From an uncultured virus (IMG/VR IMGVR_UViG_3300029305_004206) (lineage: Duplodnaviria > Heunggongvirae > Uroviricota > Caudoviricetes), in the IMG/VR virus record IMGVR_UViG_3300029305_004206: 64,000 bases of DNA; one strand, given 5' to 3'. How positions within the stretch are numbered: position 1 is the first letter of the stretch; the number at the start of each line of letters is the position of its first letter. Made by a program: the position numbers and the translations under genes. Positions 45,720 to 55,038 of the stretch are shown here, piece by piece. The notes below the pieces were generated by a model, which saw only the letters and a program-made list of their open reading frames with translations, did not search any database and was not told where the DNA came from.

Positions 45720-48455
45720 TTATAGGTAGTTGATAATAATATTAGGAACAAGTTCCGTAGGATTATTTTCATTTGTCTTCCTATCTATAGTTAGATATTC
45801 AGGTATAATATCTTGTTCCGTAGTAATATCATTAGATGAATAAGTTATAAGCTGATAGTTAGGAATTGTAAGTTCAGATATAGGTTTAGATGAAATTACC
45901 GTATTATCATCTATAACTTCACTAATATATTGACCTTCTACAAGGTTAGTCATACCATTGTACTGCATATAAACAATATTTGTATATTTAGCTTGTAAAG
46001 AACTAATAAGCTGATAAATGTAAAAACTTACTTCTCTTACAGAATTACATTTATTAACATAATCCACTATTTCATTCTTAAATGATGTTTCATCTAATAC
46101 AGTACCAGTTTCCACTTTAATAGAGAATGATAAAGCAATATTAGTCTTCGAAATATTATATGCTTTATTATTTTTATTAGTCTGAAGTAATTTAGCTGGT
46201 CCATAACTATTATAAAACTTCATATCAACATCAAAGTTTCCTTCAATAGCATCAAGATTGTCTTTAATAGACGAATAGTGATTATAAAGTACACTCTCTA
46301 TATATGACTGGTTTGTATCTGATTTATTATAAAATTCAGAACCAACTACAGGTACAGATTCTATGATAAGATAATTTTGATCAGCTAATGCTGCTTTCTT
46401 ATATGTATTATACTGCTCTTCAGTTAATAATTCATTAGCTTCATAAGAATCTTTTAATAATTCTTTAATTACACTTTCTCTTTTTTGTATATTAGAATCA
46501 TTTTTTTTCGGTGCAACTGTATCTAAGAATTCGATATATTTATTATAGTCATTTTCAGATACACAGTCAGCTGCATACTTATGAGAAGTATAATTATTCT
46601 TAACGATAACATTTGAATGTAAGAGTTCATTAAGAGATCTAAATAATCTTACTTCTTTAGATGTCTGGAAAGTATTAGTCAAACAATAATAACATGGATT
46701 AATCATCTCATAATCACTATTTGAATCTGGCATTAACAATGTTCCCAAATAATTTATTTTGTTATTATCAGTCCGAATATAATTTGTCCGTCCATCTATA
46801 CCATTAATAGAAATAACATTTTCGTTGGCTAAATCAAAACCACAGTCAAACGCAGAATAATTCCTATACCAAGTATAATAGTTATAGAGATTTGTTCTTC
46901 TTTCTTTTCTTGAACTTTCCTTATCAGCATCAGTTCCCATATCATCAGGAATAATGGTAAGAATTCTTTTATACGATTTAACATCTATATTTATAGTCTT
47001 TCCACTTTCAGAGGTATAAGAATATGGTTCTATTAACTCTTTAGTTAGTGTAGTTGTAGTCATCATCTGTTGATTATAAGCTAACTCATTATCAAGCATT
47101 AAACCAAGAATAAAGTGAAGACCATCTTCTGGTAATGCAATGCTAAACTTCCACTCCTCAGAATTATTTACTTTTGCAACTTCCATATCATTTTTGTTAT
47201 TATAATATGAGTAATAGTTATCCGTAGATGCTAATAACGTATCAGAAATGATATTCTGTTCAGCTTTAGGTTGTTTAATTCTATGAATACCATAAGAAAA
47301 TTCAAGATTACCATTAGCATCAAAAGATTCCAATGTTTCAATACAACCTTGGAAGTTAAAAATTTCATCTGAGTTATTATAAGATACTAAATCAAGATCT
47401 ATAAATCCTTGAATCTTTCTTGCAGAATCTGAACCATCTACAGATGTAGTGATTACAGCTTTGAATGTAATTGCTGGAACATAAGATACAAAACTTTTAT
47501 CAAGATTTCGAGCAAATACAAAACCATTTTCTGTTGTTTCTCTGAAGTCATGAGACCATTCTATAATATAATTATAAATAGGATATAAAACATTAGTAGA
47601 GAAGTCTATTCTATCTTCATATAGATCTGTGATTAAATCTCCATAAAAATATCGTTCAAAGAATAACTGTGTGTTCATAAATGAGTTAAACTCTTTAAGA
47701 CAAGCATTTTTCATATCTACATTGAAGAATTCTTTATCTAATTCATCATCTGTTGATGATAGAAGAGTAACTGTATTTGCAGATAACTTACTAAAGATTT
47801 CATTTTTTCCATTTCCATAAATAATTCTTGCGTATTCCACAGCATTATTATTGATTTCATTTCCTGAACCAGATAAGAAGTTATTTTGAAGGTTCATAAA
47901 TGGAATAATATTATCTTTAAATAAATTTCTTACATTTATAAGTTCTTCAGTTCTATCTATATTTGTACCTTCATTATTAATATATGTACTATTTAAAGTA
48001 ATAAATGACTCAATTAAGAAAAGATAGAAATCTTCTTTATTTGGGAAAAGATGAGGAATTTTACTTGTTTCACTTTCACCTTCTTCAAATGTAGATGGGT
48101 TCATTATCTCTTGATAGTCACTTTCAGTTATAACTAGAGAATGTAATCCCATATCACCCTCTTCAGGTCTACCCATCAAAGTATTATCAAGCAATGTTGT
48201 ATTGAGAGATGTAGAAATTAGATAATAACTCTTATAGAGTGCTTTATTGAATTTCTTTTCTACATTTATCTTATTTATAATAAACTCTGAAGATACATAT
48301 TTATTTGGTTCTTCTTCGAAGTTCATTATATTATCTTCTTTTATACCTGTAATGTAATAAGAAGCAGTCAGAAATCTATCACTAGTTTTCTGAATATTTA
48401 ATAGGAAAGGAGAACTATAAATATATTCTCTCAATCCAGAAAGTTTTTCAGCCAT
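45720..48455 (-). CDS. Baseplate wedge-like structural protein (C-terminal part)
   Basis: 911 aa; follows the wedge N-part; YIYSSPFLL, DMKFYNSYGP and IIPEYLTI motifs; AAAGGAG RBS. Confidence 0.5.
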   Translation of the reverse strand: MAEKLSGLREYIYSSPFLLNIQKTSDRFLTASYYITGIKEDNIMNFEEEPNKYVSSEFIINKINVEKKFNKALYKSYYLISTSLNTTLLDNTLMGRPEEGDMGLHSLVITESDYQEIMNPSTFEEGESETSKIPHLFPNKEDFYLFLIESFITLNSTYINNEGTNIDRTEELINVRNLFKDNIIPFMNLQNNFLSGSGNEINNNAVEYARIIYGNGKNEIFSKLSANTVTLLSSTDDELDKEFFNVDMKNACLKEFNSFMNTQLFFERYFYGDLITDLYEDRIDFSTNVLYPIYNYIIEWSHDFRETTENGFVFARNLDKSFVSYVPAITFKAVITTSVDGSDSARKIQGFIDLDLVSYNNSDEIFNFQGCIETLESFDANGNLEFSYGIHRIKQPKAEQNIISDTLLASTDNYYSYYNNKNDMEVAKVNNSEEWKFSIALPEDGLHFILGLMLDNELAYNQQMMTTTTLTKELIEPYSYTSESGKTINIDVKSYKRILTIIPDDMGTDADKESSRKERRTNLYNYYTWYRNYSAFDCGFDLANENVISINGIDGRTNYIRTDNNKINYLGTLLMPDSNSDYEMINPCYYCLTNTFQTSKEVRLFRSLNELLHSNVIVKNNYTSHKYAADCVSENDYNKYIEFLDTVAPKKNDSNIQKRESVIKELLKDSYEANELLTEEQYNTYKKAALADQNYLIIESVPVVGSEFYNKSDTNQSYIESVLYNHYSSIKDNLDAIEGNFDVDMKFYNSYGPAKLLQTNKNNKAYNISKTNIALSFSIKVETGTVLDETSFKNEIVDYVNKCNSVREVSFYIYQLISSLQAKYTNIVYMQYNGMTNLVEGQYISEVIDDNTVISSKPISELTIPNYQLITYSSNDITTEQDIIPEYLTIDRKTNENNPTELVPNIIINYL

Positions 48456-48473
48456 TATAGTATTCTCCTTTCA

Positions 48474-50207
48474 TTATTCTTTATTTTCTTCATTAGTTTC
48501 ATCTTTAGATGAACCATAAGAATTATTAACGATAGAAGTTTCATTAAGCGGTGAATTTGTACTACTAATAGAACTATCAAAGATAGTAGTTGTAAAGTCG
48601 TTAAATCCAACTTCTTTCTTAGCAGTAACATAACTTACATGTTTAGATAATCCACCTGCTTCTGCATCTTTAGATAACTCTGTAAGTTCTTCATCGTAAA
48701 TGTACTTACCATCTTCTACATTTATTATTAATTTCTCATCTGCAGATATATTCTGTGGTTGAGCCTTAATAATAGTAAACTGAGTATTTGACTTAATATT
48801 GATATTAAATGTATTCAAAGCAAAGTTAAGATTCTCTTTATCTGGATCTCGTAAGTTTATCGCAGCATTTTTACTATTTAACTTAAGGTTTACAGTATTA
48901 GTTGGGATACACTGTTTATCATTATCAAATAGCACAAAATAAGCTGCATATAATCTTTCAAGAATATCATCTACTTTTTTGAAGAATCTTAAGATCGTTC
49001 CGTTTTTATTATTTTGCTCTATAATAGAGTTAAAATAAGAGTTAAGGTTTATTTCTGTAGTAATAGTACTACGAGTTGAACTTTCTGTAATAGTTTTTTG
49101 ACGAATTTCATCTAAGGATAACTTATTTACACCGCCTTTGCACCCACCATTGATAGAGAATAAAAGCGGTAATTGGTTATCTTGATATGAATATTTCTGT
49201 CTAATTGGATCGTCATTATCAATTTGATAATCTATAGATTCATTATTATAACTATCAAAGTTTCCATCTTCGCCTAAAGTAGTAAACATTTCAATGTTTA
49301 ATGTTGTATTATAAGATGGTCTAAAATCTTCTGGTAAACCAGAGAAGTATATCTGAAGTTTATTATCTCCATCATATTTATAATAACAGAAATCATCATC
49401 AAGATTCTGTACATTATATCCATTAAATATCTTGGTTAGACGAGTTGTCTTATTATCTGATTCTATATAATTTACATTAAAGCTTGATAATTGTCCAGAA
49501 TATTCAGCTTCAAAGTTGATTAAATCAACTGTATTTTCTGAATATACAATAAAGTTTTTAACTTCCTTCTGAACCTGATATAAAGTAATATTTATAACCA
49601 GATATTCTGTGTTTGCAATATTAACTTTAAATGACTTTAGATAAGGAGATGAAAGTTCTCCAAGTTCATTACTGTCATTAACAAGATATCTAACAGAGAA
49701 TGAATAATTTTCTGAATTATATTTATTTTCTTCAGTTATTTTACTTACAACTGGTCTTATCTGAATCTGTATTGTATTATTTTGCATAAATGGAATTGTA
49801 CCATCAACCCAATATATCGCATTTTTAGAAAATTCAAAGTAACTTATATTAGATGTATCTTCATCATCCACTTTATACATAATCATTTCCTTAATTGGAA
49901 CATACATAACAAGATCAACAGTTCCAGGAGTTGCGTTTATATCAGTAATATTGTATCTATTAGCATATTCATAAATCGCTTTTGCTGTTCTTGCAGTTGA
50001 AAGCATAGTTTCATTTGCTAAGAAATTAGTTCTGAAATAGTCATCTTCTATTGCAGTTCCCATAATTTCATTTATGTAGCCAAATAAACCTACACGAAGA
50101 ACAGATAAGTCAACACCAGGAAAATATTTAGGAGCGATTTCATTTAACCACTTTTCCTGAAGATCATAAGAAGAACCTGAAATCGTCTTATTTGTATTTT
50201 CGGACAT
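48474..50207 (-). CDS. Baseplate wedge protein (T4 gp6/baseplate J-like, N-terminal part)
   Basis: GLFGYINEIMG...NETMLSTART..AIYEYA, FTTLGEDGNF and GGVNKLSLDEIR. Confidence 0.65.
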   Translation of the reverse strand: MSENTNKTISGSSYDLQEKWLNEIAPKYFPGVDLSVLRVGLFGYINEIMGTAIEDDYFRTNFLANETMLSTARTAKAIYEYANRYNITDINATPGTVDLVMYVPIKEMIMYKVDDEDTSNISYFEFSKNAIYWVDGTIPFMQNNTIQIQIRPVVSKITEENKYNSENYSFSVRYLVNDSNELGELSSPYLKSFKVNIANTEYLVINITLYQVQKEVKNFIVYSENTVDLINFEAEYSGQLSSFNVNYIESDNKTTRLTKIFNGYNVQNLDDDFCYYKYDGDNKLQIYFSGLPEDFRPSYNTTLNIEMFTTLGEDGNFDSYNNESIDYQIDNDDPIRQKYSYQDNQLPLLFSINGGCKGGVNKLSLDEIRQKTITESSTRSTITTEINLNSYFNSIIEQNNKNGTILRFFKKVDDILERLYAAYFVLFDNDKQCIPTNTVNLKLNSKNAAINLRDPDKENLNFALNTFNINIKSNTQFTIIKAQPQNISADEKLIINVEDGKYIYDEELTELSKDAEAGGLSKHVSYVTAKKEVGFNDFTTTIFDSSISSTNSPLNETSIVNNSYGSSKDETNEENKE

Positions 50208-50226
50208 TTATCTCACCTTCCTTTCT

Positions 50227-52083
50227 TTAATATGATTTATCATAGAATAATAATTTAGCAGTTCCATCAAAGTACATTTTGCTATTACCATCTTCATCAA
50301 TCCATCTTTTAATAGTAGTTCCATCACCTTTAGGAAATACTCTATAAATACCAACACTATTTTTCCAAGTATTTTTAGGATTCTTATCAAGATTTCCACT
50401 CATGTATTGATTGTATTCTTCTGCTATTGTATCTGGGTTTGTATTATAACTTCCAAATATTGTATTAAATTCTTTGATAATTGTCGGTTCCATATCTTCT
50501 TTAAATGAGAACGCATACTGGATTGGAACGTTAATCATATTTGCAGTTCCTTTATTCCAAGATAATGCAGAGTATGGAACATTTATAGGATAAATTCCTG
50601 TATATTTAGCAAAGTATTTAATAGTACAACCATCTTCACCTACTAAAAAGTAATATAAAGATGCAACATAATCTATATATCTTTGCTTTAATGAAATTTC
50701 TGATGGTTTAAAATAACCGTATCTTACATTTGTAATATAATCTACCCATGCTTTATGCATTAATGTAACTGATAGATATTGGTCTTCTTCATATGTTATT
50801 GTAAAGCTACCATTTGTAACTGAAGATGCTTCAGAACCAGGAAGAGAATATTTATAATTCTTAATAGTAGAAACAGTTATATCCTGATTGAGAGTTACAT
50901 CTTGACAATCAAAGTTAGTTGCTTTATTAGTCAATAATCTAATAATTCCTGGCGGTGAACTTGGAATAGGATCTGTATCTGAAGTTCCATATGTCAAGTT
51001 TGTCATTATATTTTTACCTTTAATAGTTGCAGCCAAGTTTGCAAAATATCTTTGAGATGCAAGATTTTCAGATGAGAAATTACATTTAGGTTTAGTAATG
51101 AATATATATGCTCTACCATTTGTGGCTCTATCTATATATTCAGCAGTTTTCCACCTATTATAATATGTAAATTCCTTTTCATCTTGTAAAGTAGGTATAT
51201 AAATGCCTAAATCTTTATGAATCTCTTTAATATCGAAATCTATTTCATTCTCAGGTTTAACTGGTTCACCAGAAGCAGAGACAGTATAATTTAAAACATC
51301 AACTTTATATCTGTGAATGAAATTTTTAATAAACTTTGCGACTTTACCACCATCTGCCCATCCTTGAGACAACATAACACCTGGACCAAATGTTTCGCCA
51401 GCATTACCAGTTTGCATTTCTGCCCAGTAACCAGTATCATCTATAATTCCCTTTGCTTGATGGAAATATATATTTGAATTGTAAGTATCAGTTCCAGATC
51501 CTAATACTCGACCAAATCTATTAAAGAGTTCTCTAATTAAATCAGTATCATCTGCTTCTACACCATTACCAGCATAATTAGCAAGATAATCATCTTCATA
51601 TGAGTTAATTAGACCTTCTTGTAGTAAAAAAGTTCTTTCAGCACTTATATAAGCACCACCACGAGCTTTATTAGCAGATTCGCCAAATATTGCTTTGTGC
51701 ATTGAATCTCTAAATCTTATAAATAATACTGCGACATATTCTGGATTAAAACCGCCATCATTATCTTTTCTTTGTTCAATATTATACCAATATTCTTTGG
51801 GATTTAATTTTAATTCTTTGGAACAAGCTTCTACCCAATCATGATAGTTATCATAATTAGGATCGTCAGATGGATTATTTGCACCTACATAAACTGCAGT
51901 ATAACCTTTATTATTAAACTTTGTAGCAATAGCTCTAAATAAATACCATACCATATCTGTAGATATAGGATTATCACTTTTCACCCAGTTAGTCCAGTCA
52001 TTAGGGCTGTTAATACACTTTTCATAAGTAGAACTAGCAAGTTCAGATATCGCTGTAACACCAGCTGATCTATTATCTGCCAT
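50227..52083 (-). CDS. Baseplate/tail-tube-fold protein (T4 gp19/gp48/gp54-like) with ~310-aa N-terminal extra domain
   Basis: YIFITKP, GSFTITYEE...LMHKAWVDYI, DYVASLY...KYTGIYPINVP. Confidence 0.6.
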   Translation of the reverse strand: MADNRSAGVTAISELASSTYEKCINSPNDWTNWVKSDNPISTDMVWYLFRAIATKFNNKGYTAVYVGANNPSDDPNYDNYHDWVEACSKELKLNPKEYWYNIEQRKDNDGGFNPEYVAVLFIRFRDSMHKAIFGESANKARGGAYISAERTFLLQEGLINSYEDDYLANYAGNGVEADDTDLIRELFNRFGRVLGSGTDTYNSNIYFHQAKGIIDDTGYWAEMQTGNAGETFGPGVMLSQGWADGGKVAKFIKNFIHRYKVDVLNYTVSASGEPVKPENEIDFDIKEIHKDLGIYIPTLQDEKEFTYYNRWKTAEYIDRATNGRAYIFITKPKCNFSSENLASQRYFANLAATIKGKNIMTNLTYGTSDTDPIPSSPPGIIRLLTNKATNFDCQDVTLNQDITVSTIKNYKYSLPGSEASSVTNGSFTITYEEDQYLSVTLMHKAWVDYITNVRYGYFKPSEISLKQRYIDYVASLYYFLVGEDGCTIKYFAKYTGIYPINVPYSALSWNKGTANMINVPIQYAFSFKEDMEPTIIKEFNTIFGSYNTNPDTIAEEYNQYMSGNLDKNPKNTWKNSVGIYRVFPKGDGTTIKRWIDEDGNSKMYFDGTAKLLFYDKSY

Positions 52084-52131
52084 AAATTATTTCACCTACC
52101 TTTTATATAATTTGTTTTCTGTTAATACAGT

Positions 52132-52143
52132 TATTATATTGTT
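52132..52143 (-). promoter_or_regulatory. Putative late promoter AACA-N6-TA for the baseplate operon
   Basis: Minus strand AACA ATATAA TA ~50 nt upstream of ATG 52083. Confidence 0.55.
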
Positions 52144-52173
52144 GGGATGACAATTTTATGGAAATTTAAAGTA

Positions 52174-52181
52174 TATATTAT
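52174..52181 (+). promoter_or_regulatory. Putative early promoter TATATTAT
   Basis: Directly precedes the structured non-coding segment. Confidence 0.4.
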
Positions 52182-52185
52182 ATTT

Positions 52186-52658
52186 TTGCAAAATAATTTA
52201 CTAATGACAATATAGGAATTAGTTTATTTTGCAAGGCGAGACATGAGTTGCTTTCCTTTCATAGATAGATGCATATGTCTATGATAAACATGATTCTTTT
52301 ATTCGACCATAGTTATTTGGGAATATCTGTGAAATATTCTATTCCTATATTTAATTAAGTGATAATATAATTGTCTATTAAAGTATAGGAAGGAATGATG
52401 TAATGATAAGTGATGATGTAATTGACATTCTCTTACCATTCGTAGTTCAAACAGAAACCAACCGAAAAGGACAATGTGCAGAAGATTCATTTATTAATGA
52501 AGATAAAAACTTCAGAAATGCATACTCCCTCAACCGAAAATCTTCCTTTGATAACGAAATGGACAAAAGAAAGAAAATGAACGAAATTACGTAGGAAAGG
52601 CAACTCGTAATGGGGAAACGATGAAAGTGAAAAGTCGTTTCCCTAATATTTTTTTTTT
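52186..52658 (+). ncRNA. Candidate large structured non-coding RNA (~470 nt)
   Basis: 5' hairpin 52186-52234; long-range helix GAGTTGCTTTCCT 52245-52257 / AGGAAAGGCAACTC 52593-52606 enclosing several hairpins; ends in a terminator. Confidence 0.5.
52613..52658 (+). terminator. Rho-independent terminator
   Basis: GGGAAACGAT / GTCGTTTCCC followed by a T-run. Confidence 0.7.
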
Positions 52659-52678
52659 CTATGTTCCTATGATAAACA

Positions 52679-52690
52679 AACACTAAATTA
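52679..52690 (+). promoter_or_regulatory. Putative late promoter AACA-N6-TA
   Basis: AACA CTAAAT TA 30 nt upstream of ATG 52721. Confidence 0.55.
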
Positions 52691-52720
52691 ACTTTATTAA
52701 GAAAAGGAAGTGAAATAATA

Positions 52721-54019
52721 ATGGGTTTAATCAGTGAACTTATCGATCTGACAAAGCTTGTTAAAGATTCTAATATCAATACTGAAGAATTGATGTCAAG
52801 AATGGCAAGTAAACAGTCTATTGCAAAAATGACTAAAGATGCTATCCTTCAGTTCCCTGTTCTTGTGTCAAATACTTTATCTTTAGATACAGTTACTACA
52901 CTAAATAAAGCATTAGAAAGACAGTATTCATCTTTTGTTATGGTTGCAACTGATTTAATTTCAGTTCAGAAAAATGGTCGTGATGCTACAGCCTTCTTAA
53001 GATTTATTCATCAGAATACTATGCCTGGGTCACCTGCTAATTATCATATTGAGAAGACAGGAATTCAGCAGACATTCTATAATTCTGTGATGAAAGAAGA
53101 TATGCAGTTATGTGAAGATATGAATGATTTTAAATATAAATCATTAGGTCTTAGACAAGAATCTGCTAATAGTGCTTCTTTAAAAACACGAATGAATATT
53201 CTCACTGAAGCAAAGGACGAAGAAGACAAGAACTTTGAAAGAGAAAAGATTCAAACAAAGTTCGAAAATGATGTTGAATTAGCAAGAATGAAATCAACTG
53301 CAGATTTAGCATCCTCTAAAATGAAAGAAAACTATAAGAAAGCAACCAATCAAGACTTCACAGCAAAGTTAAAGGATAATGATGTTAAGAAGTCTAACGA
53401 ATTAGTTCCGACTCTTCTTGAAGTTACTCTTCAATTTAGAGATCCTGGTTCTGATGCTGTTATTAAACAGACATTTACTATTGGTATTAAAACTGTATGT
53501 CATCCTGTATCTTCAGATGATATTATTTACAATGTATCACAAGCATTTACAGGTAAGAAGTTATTCTTAAAGTTTATTAGATGGACAACTGGAGAAATTA
53601 AGTTCTTCAGAGATTTCTTATTTAATATTGATACTATTAAGAAGAACATTATGCAGGAAAGAAAACAGGTTCCTTGGTGGTCTGCATTAAGAAATCGTGC
53701 AACTTATAATAGAACTATTGCTAATCTATTTAAAGATTCAAAATTATTACCTAATGCTACGATTGTTTTAACTACAGATGAAGCTGAAGTTATTAAATCT
53801 ACAACTGGTATTGATATTTTTAAAGATTCAGGAAGAGTTCAAAAGGTTATGCAAGATTTATCATTACTTGGTTTAGTTATCGTAAATGAATCATCTGAAG
53901 TTGCTTGGTTTAAATTTGATGGTGATACTAAATGGTATAACTATGGATTTAATTCTCTTGAAAGAGAAAATAAAAACCCAAATAATGATGTAAAAGCTTT
54001 GTTATCATTATTAAAATAA
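52721..54019 (+). CDS. Putative virion structural (head) protein
   Basis: 432 aa; late promoter motif; LQFPVLVS and KKSNELVPTLL; internal xxE motifs (RQESA, ILTEA). Confidence 0.45.
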   Translation: MGLISELIDLTKLVKDSNINTEELMSRMASKQSIAKMTKDAILQFPVLVSNTLSLDTVTTLNKALERQYSSFVMVATDLISVQKNGRDATAFLRFIHQNTMPGSPANYHIEKTGIQQTFYNSVMKEDMQLCEDMNDFKYKSLGLRQESANSASLKTRMNILTEAKDEEDKNFEREKIQTKFENDVELARMKSTADLASSKMKENYKKATNQDFTAKLKDNDVKKSNELVPTLLEVTLQFRDPGSDAVIKQTFTIGIKTVCHPVSSDDIIYNVSQAFTGKKLFLKFIRWTTGEIKFFRDFLFNIDTIKKNIMQERKQVPWWSALRNRATYNRTIANLFKDSKLLPNATIVLTTDEAEVIKSTTGIDIFKDSGRVQKVMQDLSLLGLVIVNESSEVAWFKFDGDTKWYNYGFNSLERENKNPNNDVKALLSLLK

Positions 54020-54034
54020 TAAGGAGATAGTATT

Positions 54035-55012
54035 ATGGATAGAAATGTTGAAATGTTTTTAGAAAGCTATCTCGTTAAAGATGGTTCAGATGTATTAAAG
54101 TACAATAAACTATCTGAAGATAGCAAAGAACAGATTACCAAAGATATTGTTACATCTGTTTATAAGTCATTAAGAGATAAATCTCTTGAAATTGATTACA
54201 CAATGATTACAGCAACTAAAGGTGATATTACAAGATTAAAAGATTATCTTACTTTAGTTAACTGTATAAAATTCCTTGAAGGAATGGCTAAACAGTCAGG
54301 TATCGTTGTAAAAGAACTTTCTACTATTAGATTAGCTCATGATAATTTAGTAGCAAAGAAAAGTGTATTCATCGATGCATATAGAACTGAAAATGAAATG
54401 GTTGTTATGTTATATAACAATATCGTTATGGCTTTAGTTTATGCAGTTTCTATTGTAGTTTTAACTATGATTGATTATAGCAAACAGCCTAATGGTAGTT
54501 ATGAAATTAGTTTTAAATCTTTAGATGAAGGAAGAAAAGCTAATAATTACATACAGGCATTAGAAGACTTTAACAAGATGGTTGTTAGCGGAAGATTAGC
54601 TAAAGCTGCAACTATTAATCCTAATAAGAAGAATTTAACTGGTGGAGTTATGACTCTTACAGGTATACTTCTTCTTATGACAATGATTATTCCAATCATT
54701 AGAGCAATAATTCATTGCTTCTATCAATCCAGAGTTAATATTGCAGAAAATCTTAAAACTCAAGCTTATTTCCTTGAAATTAATATGAATGATCCTACAA
54801 AGGTTATGAATAAAGCAACAAGAGATAAGCAAGAAAAGACAATTAAGAAACTATTAGCTTTATCTGATAAAATTGATTTAAAAGAGAAAGTTACTGACCG
54901 TAATGTTAAATCTGAAATTAAAGATGAAGATAATGAATTCACTAAACAAAAAATTAGTAATAATCAGGTCGTTACTGGTGGAAATGCACCTTCTGATGAC
55001 TTGCTTATATAA
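54035..55012 (+). CDS. Putative virion protein with hydrophobic segments
   Basis: 325 aa; TKGDITRL; two hydrophobic stretches; AAGGAG RBS. Confidence 0.45.
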   Translation: MDRNVEMFLESYLVKDGSDVLKYNKLSEDSKEQITKDIVTSVYKSLRDKSLEIDYTMITATKGDITRLKDYLTLVNCIKFLEGMAKQSGIVVKELSTIRLAHDNLVAKKSVFIDAYRTENEMVVMLYNNIVMALVYAVSIVVLTMIDYSKQPNGSYEISFKSLDEGRKANNYIQALEDFNKMVVSGRLAKAATINPNKKNLTGGVMTLTGILLLMTMIIPIIRAIIHCFYQSRVNIAENLKTQAYFLEINMNDPTKVMNKATRDKQEKTIKKLLALSDKIDLKEKVTDRNVKSEIKDEDNEFTKQKISNNQVVTGGNAPSDDLLI

Positions 55013-55022
55013 CTAAATATTA
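55011..55022 (+). promoter_or_regulatory. Putative late promoter AACT-N6-TA
   Basis: AACT AAATAT TA upstream of 55039/55048. Confidence 0.45.
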
Positions 55023-55038
55023 AAATTATTATAAGGAG

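Noticed and set aside
52186..52658. tmRNA, RNase P RNA or T-box identity for the structured region
   Set aside because: No GGGG...CCACCA tRNA-like ends, no GAGGAAAGUCC, no UGGNACC T-box; left as unclassified
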